DNA of 64,000 nt from Octopus sinensis. Taxonomy: Eukaryota. Of this stretch, positions 24,901 to 35,299 are shown piece by piece. Location: the NCBI RefSeq assembly GCF_006345805.1, contig NC_042999.1, positions 34,844,001 to 34,908,000 on the forward strand, given 5' to 3'. Below the pieces are notes generated by a model. That model saw only the letters and a program-made list of their open reading frames with translations, had not been told where the DNA came from and did not search any database. Each line of letters begins with the position of its first letter. The first letter of the stretch is position 1. Both the position numbers and the translations under genes were made by a program.

Positions 24901-27900
24901 AACATCGGCAAGCCATGCATTCTACCCTCCACCTTCACGGGAGGACCGCGATATATGCGTGAAAGGACCCAAGACGCCTTGACCTACGTGCGCATTTACG
25001 GCCGGCCGGACCTCTTTATCACCTACACGTGCAATCCCAGCTGCGACGAAATCACTCGCGAAATCCTCCCGGGTCAATCTCACACCCATCGACACGACAT
25101 CGTTGCTAGGGTTTTCCGTCTGAATTTGGGCAAAATGAAGGATTTGATAGTTAAGGGTCAGATTTTCGGGCATGTCAGGTGCCACATGTTTTCGGTCGAG
25201 TGGCAAAAGAGGGGCTTGCCACATGCTCACATCTTAATTTTGGCTCACTCATAAAATCGAGACTAATGACATTGACAAATTCATTTCCGCCGAGATTCCT
25301 GACCCCGATGAGGACCCCGGACTCTACGAAATTGTCCGCACTACCATGGTACACGGGCCCTGTGGACCAAATTACGCCAACACACCATGCTACAAACACG
25401 GATTAGCCTGCTCAAAGCGATTCCCTAAACGGTTCACTTTGGAGACTAAAACAGGCGGCGATGGGTATCCGCTGTACAAACGAAGGAGTCCAGCCAATGG
25501 AGGCCGCACGATTACGGTTGGGCGACATCAAGTGGACAACAGCTACATTGTCCCCTACTGTCCTCTCCTGTCGAAGATATTCAAAGCCCACGTCAACGTT
25601 GAGTTCTGCAGCTCCATCAGGTCAATACAATATGTCTGCAAATATATCAACAAAGGCAGAGCAAAGTGCTGTGCAGATAGCCACCAGCCCTAAAGACACA
25701 ACGTTGACTGGTTTCTTCAAATTATGCCAACGTGATGACTTCGCTCGAACGCTTTTGTACCCACAGGTCCCATCGTACTTCGTGTGGTCTAAAAACACCT
25801 GGATTCGACGGAAATCCGGCAAAAACGTCGAAAGCTTCCCAGGCGTCAAGTTTGACTCCTGCCTGGGTCGAGTTTACAACATCCCGCCAAACCAGCAAGA
25901 ATGCTTCTACCTCCGTCTCCTTCTACATGAGGTCACTGGTCCAACAGGTTTCGCCAATATACGTACCGTCAATGGGGTTCTGTGCGACACCTTCAGGGAA
26001 GCATGTATGAGACTTGGCCTTCTAGAGGATGACTCCCAGTGGGACGCCACGATGGCAGAGGGTGCTTTACTGCAAACGCATTCGGCCCTACGACATCTTT
26101 TCGCAATCCTTCTTCAAAAATGTCAGCTTAGTCATCCACTAAGTCTCTGGATGAAATACAGGGATGACATGTCGCACGACTTCTTACGTACGGCTCAGCA
26201 ACACTGCCCTTCCGCCGAGATCACGTTCACCAACTTCATTTACAATTTTGCGCTCATTCAACTCGAAGACGCTGTCATCGATATGGGTGGGTCTGCTTTA
26301 ACAGAGTACGGCCTTCCACCACCCACACGTGAACACGCCAATGTTATGTCTGCTGAATTGTTACGCGAAACTTCCTACTGCATTGAGGAACTGCACCAGT
26401 ACGTCCAAGATAATGAACCACGGCTGCTTCCAGACCAGCGCATAGCCTACAACACCATCGTAGACTCTGTCAGACAGCAACGTGGGGGGATTTTCTTCCT
26501 TGATGCACCCGGCGGCACAGGCAAAACCTTCGTCACTAAACTAATTCTGGCAGAGGTCAGACGCAACACGGACATTGCCCTGGCTGTAGCTTCCTCTGGT
26601 ATCGCGGCCACGTTGCTTCCTGGTGGCAGAACCGCCCACTCTGCCTTCAGACTCCCGCTCGATCTGGCAAAGTCCGAGTCACGTATCTGCAACATCGCCA
26701 AGAACTCAGAACAGGCCGACATTCTTCGCAGATGCAAACTCATCGTATGGGACGAGTGCACTATGGCACACAAAGGCGCCCTTGAGGCACTGGACAGGGC
26801 CCTGCAAGACATCAGAGACTCTACGGCCCCCATGAGAGGATTAACTTTACTTCTTTCAGGAGACTTCAGGCAGACTCTACCTGTTATTCCAAAAGGAACC
26901 CGTGCCGATGCCGTGCGCGCGTGCCTTAAGTCGTCAGCTCTTTGGGCACATGTGCGGCCCTTGCACCTCCAAACTAACATGCGCGCGCAGTTAATTGGTG
27001 ACAGCGGATCCGCTGCATTCTCCAGGGACCTCTTATCGCTCGGTGAAAATAGGATGCTGTCTGATGCGGATGGCTACGTTCAATTGGACTCACTTTGCAC
27101 CATTGTCGACACCCCTGCTAGCCTCCGGGACGCTGTCTTCCACGACCTACAAAACAATTTACGCGACCTAAAATGGCTGGCAGGCAGAGCTATTCTCGCA
27201 CCCAAAAATACAACCGTCAACTCCATCAATATCCAGCTACTTGAAGCTATTCCTGGTGATGTCCACGTCTACAAATCTATAGATAGGACAGCAGACCCCG
27301 CCCAGCTTGCCGATTATCCTGTTGAATTCCTGAATTCACTTGAACCGCCAGGCCTGCCACCACACATCCTGAAGTTAAAAGTCGGTGCGCCCATTATGCT
27401 CATCAGGAATTTGGTTCCACCTAAGCAGTGCAACGGCACACGTTTGGTTGTGAAACATTTGGCACCACATTTAATAACGGCCACAATACTTACCGGTTGT
27501 GGGAAGGGAGAGGACGTCTTCATTCCACGGATGCACCTTCAACCGTCGGGCGCTGACCTACCAATCCACTTCAGGCGTTCTCAGTTTCCTGTTAAACTCT
27601 GCTTCGCAATGTCCATCAATAAATCCCAAGGCCAAACGCTACAAGTCGCTGGGTTACATTTGGGCGAACAGTGCTTCGCCCACGGTCAACTCTACGTGGG
27701 CTGTTCACGCGTTGGGAGGCGCAATGATGTTTTCATGTTTTCGCCCAAACGGACAGCTAGGAACATCGTATATACAGAAGTATTCCAGTGAAGACAAGAC
27801 ATTGCAACCTCCACATGCACCTTCGTTCCCTGGAGGGAAAGGACTACATTGGGATTAGTCGTTGCCTACTAGGGGCTCTTACATACCCGGGCAACGCCGG

Positions 27901-27913
27901 GCTATGCTGCTAG
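21959..27913 (+). mobile_element. Helitron, full-length copy 2 (5955 bp)
   Basis: Starts TC immediately after the CTAG of copy 1 and ends hairpin + CTAG (27910-27913) followed by T of (TA)n. Confidence 0.97.
23107..27791 (+). pseudogene. Helitron RepHel transposase, disrupted, copy 2
   Basis: Open from MPPKKRR (23107) to the stop at 25254 after HUH motif PHAH. A 188-bp deletion at ~25659 follows Rep motif 3. The helicase region is open to 27791. Confidence 0.95.
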
Positions 27914-28002
27914 TATATATATATAATAAATATTAGGGAATGAATCCAAAATTACAGGGAAAAATCAGATTTAGGGTTAAATCCAATTTTATAGTAAAAT
28001 AT

Positions 28003-28357
28003 TATATAATATAATTCGAGACAAAACCACTCTTTTAAAACCAAACAAGGAAAGACTTAATCAAAACATAAAATTTTAATATAAATTAAATAAACCGCCA
28101 CTACAAATATTTCATGTCTGCTCCGACAATCTTCAGGTGGATTTTCGATCTTCTAATCAGTATCAAATTTTGAAGTGAATAATAATTATTATTCACTTCA
28201 AAATTTGATACTGATTAGAAGATCGAAAATCCACCTGAAGATTGTCGGAGCAGACATGAAATATTTGTAGTGGCGGTTTATTTAATTTATATTAAAATTT
28301 TATGTTTTGATTAAGTCTTTCCTTGTTTGGTTTTAAAATAGTGGTTTTGTCTCGAAT

Positions 28358-28368
<11 letters not shown>
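28003..28368. repeat. 366-bp spacerless palindrome (inverted Penelope-type pLTR pair)
   Basis: Arms mirror about 28185/28186 with one mismatch seen. Each arm has a hammerhead motif. (TA)n follows on the right. Confidence 0.9.
28231..28273 (+). ncRNA. minimal hammerhead ribozyme motif (mirror copy 28098-28140 on minus strand)
   Basis: CCAC-CTGAAGA-T-TGTC(GGAGCA)GACA-T-GAAA-TATTT-GTA-GTGG. The stem III region AAATATTT is palindromic. Stem II closes on a U-U mismatch. Confidence 0.7.
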
Positions 28369-28422
<54 letters not shown>

Positions 28423-29208
28423 TGTATGTATGTATGAGTGTGTATCTTTGCATCTGTGTTCGTACTCCCACCATCGCTTGGCAGCCTATGTTTGTATGTT
28501 TGCGTTCCCGTAATGTAGCGGTTCGATCCAAGTGACCGGTAGAATAAGTCATCTCGGTACAAAGGCATTGCTCCAGCATGGCTACAGTCAAATGACTGAA
28601 AGAAGTAAAATACTGAAAGAATATATACATATATATCAAATTAAATACACAACCGAAAAAGCTATATTTATAAAATAGGCCATGTATATTAAAGCAATAT
28701 TTCAGGCGCTGTTTATGCGTTATATATATAATTTTTATATACACACATACGCACACATTTTTCTCTTATTCTTTTACTTGTTTCGGCCATTTTTAGTCAG
28801 ACAATTCGACCCAAGTGCCTATTTTTTAGTCCAGGACTTATTCTATCGATTGTCAAGCGGTGATGGGGGCACAAACACAGATATAGACACGCACACAGAT
28901 ATACACACACACAGATGTGTGTGTGTGTGTGCCTCTGTGTGTGTGTGTGTGTAGCGTGGAGTCGATGGAACAGGAGCAACTGATGAAGGGGAATATTCTT
29001 TATGTTGTATGTCTTGTTTCTCTGTTTTTTTCGTTGTTCGAAAAAAGTTCATTTCTATGGGGTTTTTTTATGTTTTCGTTTCTAATTGTGTTCAACGTTT
29101 TTTTTTATGTCCTGTACATACAAACATAGGCTGCCAAGCGATGGTGGGAGTACGAACACAGATGCAAAGACACACACTCATACATACATACATACATACA
29201 TACATACA

Positions 29209-29258
<50 letters not shown>

Positions 29259-29345
29259 CATGATGAGCTTCTCTCAGTTTCCTTCTATAAAATGTATATA
29301 TACACAAATATATGTAGGTATGTATATATGCATATATTTATATAT

Positions 29346-29391
<46 letters not shown>

Positions 29392-30206
29392 ATATATATA
29401 TATATGTGTATTTTTTTATGTATGTATGTATGCATATTTGCTCAACTTGTAAGTTTGTATATAAATTCTGTACGACTTCTTCCTCTCCTCTTTTCTTTTT
29501 CTCGTTTCCCCTCTCTCACATTTCTTGGCATTCTCTTTCTTTAATCTCTCTACTTTCCTCTGTTATCTCCATTGTACCTTTCCCTCTGTCCTTTGCTATC
29601 TCTCTCCCTCCCCCTCTCTCTCTCTCTCTCTCTCTATTTCCTTCCATAATTCTTCAATCCCTCTGTGTCCTACCTTACTCTGTTCTTTCCACGTGATTGG
29701 TGTTACTGCTAAGCATGATATTTTTCTTTTTCGGCTTGGCCGCGGCGTGCACAACACCTTATTTTCCTGTCTCCTGACTTTCAGCTATGTTTGTTCCACT
29801 TTACTCGCCAGCTCAATTTAACTTGTCTTTATTAGTCGAAAGACACCTGTTGTCGTTCTTGTTTGTATTTATAATCGTGTAACATTTTCTCCCTTTTCTG
29901 TTTTTTTTTTTTTTGGTCTCTGTTGTTGCATATGTTCGCTTGCTTTCCTCCTAAAATTTAATGCCCTTAGCTTAGATATTTAGGGCCTACGAATTGTGAA
30001 CAATCTCAAGTAAAACAATCCGTAACTCTAATGATGATAGGAAGCTAACTGATAGAAGAAAGCCACGAATGTTCCGTCCTGGTTTTTTCCCTGTCCGTCT
30101 TTCTTTCGTCTATGTGTCCATGTGTTTTTATTGTCGTCCATTACGTTCTTATTCCGTTGTTTGGATTTATACACACACACACAAACACACACACACACAC
30201 ACACAT

Positions 30207-30275
<69 letters not shown>

Positions 30276-30297
30276 GTGTGTGTGTGTGTGTGTGTGT

Positions 30298-30332
<35 letters not shown>

Positions 30333-30808
30333 ATCAAATGAAATAAAATGGAAAACAGGACACAAAGGATGCCGCGGTACACATGTTTCGAGCTTTATAA
30401 AACAACTTATTCTTACATCAATGCATAATCGACATAACAGATAGTTTAAAAGCCCTCTTCAGCCGCATGCAATTGCTACACCTCTATATTGAGTGAGAAA
30501 ACAGTATGGAGGATTTTTTGGAGTCTAATGATACCCGCACGCCTATTTGATTATGAAGATTTACAAACATACTTTCCCAGTGATACTCGGTTTACCTACC
30601 ATTATAAGTAATACCAAATGTTCTTTCTCAAACCTTTCATAATGTGATGCAAGTCTTTGGTTTAGCAATTGCATGCGGCTGAAGAGGGCTTTTAAACTAT
30701 CTGTTATGTCGATTATGCATTGATGTAAGAATAAGTTGTTTTATAAAGCTCGAAACATGTGTACCGCGACATCATTTGTGTCCTGTTTTTCATTTTATTT
30801 CATTTGAT
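30333..30808. repeat. inverted repeat, ~146-bp arms with ~184-bp spacer (Penelope-type pLTR pair)
   Basis: 30333-30478 is the reverse complement of 30663-30808 with about 3 mismatches. Both arms carry a hammerhead. Confidence 0.9.
30675..30767 (+). ncRNA. hammerhead ribozyme motif with extended stem II (mirror copy 30374-30466 on minus strand)
   Basis: GCGG-CTGAAGA-GGGCTTT...AAAGCTC-GAAA-CATGT-GTA-CCGC. Intact core with palindromic ACATGT in stem III. Confidence 0.8.
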
Positions 30809-30882
30809 GCATATATCCTCTCACCTATGCTACTAGCTGGCATATACAGGTGCTTACATTTATCAAGTATTCACCCTGAAGT

Positions 30883-31272
30883 TAGGAGTGGCTGTGTGAT
30901 AAGTAGCTTGTTTACCAACCACATGGTTCCGGGTTCAGTCCCACTGCGTGGCACTTTGGGCAAGTGTCTTCTACTATAGCCTCGGGCTGACCAAAGCCTT
31001 GTGAGTGGATTTGGTAGACGGAAACTGAAAGAAGCCTGTCGTATATATGTATGTGTGTGTGTGTGTGTTTGTGTGTTTGTCCCCCTATCATTGCTTGACA
31101 ACTGATGCTGGTGTATTTATGTCCCCGTTACTTAGCGGTTCGGCAAAAGGGACCGATAGAATAAGTACTGGGCTTACAAAGAATAAGTCCCGGAGTCGAG
31201 TTGCTCGATTAAAGGCGGTGCTCCAGCATGGCCGCAGTCAAATGACTGAAACAAGTAAAAGAGTAAAAGAGA
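30883..31272 (+). mobile_element. SINE family B (tRNA head, internal microsatellite, GTAAAAGA tail)
   Basis: AGGAGTGGCTGTG...GGTTCAGTCCC head and ...ACAAGTAAAAGAGTAAAAGAG tail. Confidence 0.85.
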
Positions 31273-32143
31273 GTAATACGATGAGCTTCTTTCAGTTTCT
31301 GTTTACCAAAACCACTCACAAGGCTTTAGTCGGCCCGAGGCTGTAGTAGAAAACACTGGGCCAAGGTCTCACGCAGTGGGATTGAACTCGAAACGAAGTG
31401 GTTGGGAAGCAAGCTGCTTATCATGTGTTGGTATTTGTGTCGCATGAAGTTGTATTTTATTTATCAATATATGTGTATGAATGCGTGTCTATCTCTCTTT
31501 GTAGATGAGGAGTGTATGTCTGTGATTGGGTAAGTGGAAAATAATGCATATATTTAAACGTTCTGTATATCATTTAACAATTCAGTAATACTGGTTTCAA
31601 AATTGTGGCACAATGCCAGCAACTTCGGGGAGTGGGTAAGTTGATTATATCGACACCAGTGTTCAGCTTGTACTTATATTATCGACCACTAAAAGTTAAA
31701 AGGTAAAGTCGGCCTTGGCTGAATTTGAACTCAGAATGTAAAGGCCGACGAAATACCGCTAAGCATTCTTCTTAACAATTCAATGAATTTGAAGCTACCA
31801 AAACCATATTTAATAATATTTTGAGTGTGTGGTAAATTGTCTCTAAACTGTCACTTTGTTCTTAAACATCGTATTAACATGTTTTAATGTTGAATAACTA
31901 ATCTGTAACTATGAAGCAGAAAAAATATAAAGCTACCATTGGACTCCAGCTTACATTTCCTGTAGACAAACAAAGCAGGTGTTCTACCATTGTACAAAAC
32001 CATCCATTTTACAAACTTTAACGGAGAGAGAGAAAACACACCTGTGTATGCTCACGTTTTGAGTTATATTTTCATGCTTGCATCACCAAACCTATACTTG
32101 GCACATTTATCGCTGAACTTTCTCCTCAAACTTTAGCGCCATC

Positions 32144-32587
32144 ATGGAGAATTATTATCTACCGCATTCTTTGAAAAGCATATCTATACTTACCTCCTAT
32201 AGAGATACATCTTAAGAATTTACTGCAAAAACGGAACATTTAACAAAGAGTTTGTGCTAGAAAGCATACACCTTTCAGAAAGAAGACAATGAAGATTTAT
32301 CAGATCTTAAATATGTTACCAGTACAACTCAAAGAACTGGCGGCCTTCTAGAACGACCGACTGAACATACTCTTTACTCTTTTACTCTTTTACTTGAGTC
32401 AGTCATTTGACTGCGGCCATGCTGGAGCACCGCCTTCAGTCGAGCAAATCGACCCTAGGTCTTATTCTTTGTAAGCCTAGTACTTATTCTATCGATCTCT
32501 TTTGCTGAACTGCTGAGTTACGGAGACCTAAACACACCAGCATCGGTTGTCACACAAACACACACACACACACACACACACATACAT

Positions 32588-32667
<80 letters not shown>

Positions 32668-33075
32668 TACGACGGACTTCTTTCAGTTTCCGTCTACCAA
32701 ATTCACTCACAAGTCTTTGATCGGCCCGAGGCTATAGTAGAAGACACTTCCCCAAGGTGCCACGCAGTGGGACTGAACCTGGAACCATGTGGTTCCTAAG
32801 CAAGCTACTTACACACAGCCACTCCTACGCCTGGTTACAAAAAAAGTAAAGTTTAGAATATTTTCGTACCTTCTTTCAGCCTACACTAATAAATGACTTC
32901 AAGCATTTCCGCAAACCCGATATATTGCATGTACCATCGGACAAGAGAAAAAATATCTATGAAGAAAACTTCGTATAATCAACTCCTCACAGCAACATTA
33001 CAAAAATCTATAAGAAAACCGGACCTATCACATACAGTAATATTAATATTATTGCAAAAGAATTAACATCAATAA
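32144..33075 (+). pseudogene. Penelope-like element ORF, N-terminal part, decayed and interrupted by a SINE
   Basis: Across frameshifts: HSLKSISI..., KTEHLTKSLC*KA (cf. RMRWKA), ELAAF*ND, VKFR...FQ, then ILHVPSDKRKNIYE...YNQLL.SNITKIYKK...INIIAKEL (the PLE 'ADK/DKG' region upstream of RT). Confidence 0.65.
32370..32832 (-). mobile_element. SINE family B
   Basis: Full reverse-complement copy of the 30883 family. Confidence 0.85.
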
Positions 33076-33237
33076 TAAAAATGAATTAGTCTCTGTGTGT
33101 GGGGGTATGTGTAGACGCGCGCGCGTGTGTATGCGTGTGCACATATAATATGGTATAGAACACAGTATTCACTTAAATGTGGGAGTAAATATTAGTATTT
33201 GGCATTAATACTGCTTTTGTCATTATTAATAATTATT

Positions 33238-33298
<61 letters not shown>

Positions 33299-33324
33299 TA
33301 TTATTATTATTATTATTATTATTA

Positions 33325-33590
33325 AGGCGGCGAGATGGCAGAATCGTTAGCATGCCGGGCGAAATGCGTAGTCGTATTTCGTCTGCCGTTACGTTCTGAG
33401 TTCACATTCCGCCGAGGTCGACCTTGCCTTTCATCCTTTCGGGGTCGATAAATTAAGTACCGGTTACGCACTGGGGTTAATATAATCGACTTAATCCGTC
33501 TGTCTGGCCTTGTTTGTCCTTCCCTGTGTTTAGCCCCTTGTGGGTAGTAAAGAAATAGGTATAATCGACTTATCCCCTCCCCCAAAATAC
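33325..33590 (+). mobile_element. SINE family A
   Basis: Head, core and tail as at 5538, preceded by (ATC/ATT)n. Confidence 0.85.
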
Positions 33591-33665
33591 AATGAACTTA
33601 ACTTTAGGAATACTGCAGTCCCTATAAAAATTTTAATTATGTTATACATTATATTAATAAAATTC

Positions 33666-34817
33666 GGATCTTTTCCTTTTGATCATCAGGTCGATAAATT
33701 ATTTTTGTTTTAACTAAACTTTTTCATACTTCGGATACTGGTAGAGTGTGTCATATAGAACATCATTTACTATGAGCGTTGTCGAGAAAAGTTTCTATTT
33801 ACGAAGTTATTTTGTATTAAAGTTGTCGTATTTCGGTAATTTCAATCAATCAATGACATCTATTGAACTGAGCAAAATTACTGCTGTTGTTTGTCAACAA
33901 CAACTTCCTGCGGTGTATATTTCGTTTGTCAGTTATTTATGACATATTTCATCTCAGTTACGTTCGTATGAATAAACGAGTGCATCTGAATCACGTATAC
34001 CTCACGACACCACCATGATCGTTCGTGCATTTCTAATGCTTTTAGGTTTTTTCCTGTTTTCCATCTATTTTCGGAAAGACTTCCTCCCATCCTCCCACCC
34101 ACCCAAACACACACACATTTCCTCGCAAATTATTGTTTTCTTTCTTAAATATTTTTTGCCAGAAATTCAGCTTTTCGGATGCGGAGATTCCGTAAAATTG
34201 GAAATCGGAATTTTGAAATTTTCCCCCTTTCCCCCTCCCCCTCTAATTTCTTCATTTTTCACTTTTCCGTAACGCTAACCCTGACCTTAAAACCCCAACC
34301 CTAACCCTAAAACCCTAACCCTAAAACCCTAACCCTAAAACCCTAACCCTAAAACCCTAACCCTAAAACCCTAACCCTGACCCTAAAACCCTAACCTAAA
34401 ACCCTAACACTAAACTTCAAACCCTAACCCTAAACCCTAACCCTAAAACCCTAACCCTAAAACCCTAACCCTAAAACCCTAACCCTAAAACCCTAACCCT
34501 AAAACCCTAAAGCTAAAACCAGTACAAACGCTCGAACTATGTCATAAATAACAGTGACAAACGAAACATACACCGTCGATAGTTGCTGTTGACCAACAAC
34601 AGCAGTAATTTTGTTCAGTTGAATACAGGTCATTGATTCGTTGAAATTACTGAAATACGACAACTTTAACACGAAATTACTTCGTAAATAGACACTTTTC
34701 TCAACAACGCTAAGTGTAAAAGATGTTCTATATGAGAATTCTACCAGTATCCGAAGTTTGAAAGTGTTTATTTTTTAAAATTAATTTATCGAGCTGCCAA
34801 TCAAAAGGAAAAGTATT
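33666..34817. mobile_element. non-autonomous DNA element with ~280-bp TIRs enclosing telomere-like repeats
   Basis: 33670-33945 is a diverged reverse complement of 34539-34813. The interior contains a CCCTAA-based array. Confidence 0.75.
34275..34520. repeat. interstitial telomere-like array (CCCTAA/CCCTAAAA, 14-bp higher-order unit)
   Basis: (ACCCTAACCCTAAA)n by direct inspection. Confidence 0.9.
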
Positions 34818-35299
34818 TCCATGTCTAGCAGTATGGCAGCCATCAGCCAGGCTACTCTTCTCTAATACGAGAACACGTGAGAAAAAAATGTGTTTAATTA
34901 AATGAGGTAACTGTTTTTCTTTTGTTTGTATGTTTTCTGTTAATTTACCTCGAACGAAATATTGGTGCAGATAATGAGAGAAAAGTGCGCTTTCGAAGAG
35001 TGTGAAGGTTTGGAGGCTAACCAGCCTCTAAAAGAAGTCACCAAATGCTTTGCGGCAGTCGCCGCCGTACAAATGTAATGTCTAGAGATCCTATTGGTGT
35101 AACTCCAGAAAATGTTTAAAAGAATAACGGAGAAGGAGGGTGAAGTAAAAATATCACTTCCCACTAATGCAACAGAAGAGATAAAAAAAAAGAATAATTA
35201 TATTCAAAACGTTCTGCCCAGAATAAAAAAAACTGAAACATATGGAACAGAATACAATTGAAACATGCCTAGCACCCATATAGAAAGATATTAGCTATA

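Noticed and set aside
17401-27523. Antisense and alternate-frame ORFs inside the Helitrons
   Set aside because: Shadows of a GC-balanced coding sequence. They recur only because the element is duplicated.
28975-29050. CTGATGAAGGGG possible hammerhead
   Set aside because: No properly placed GAAA-NUH or stem I partner.
34275-34520. Chromosome end or fusion site
   Set aside because: The array is short, single-orientation and enclosed by TIRs.
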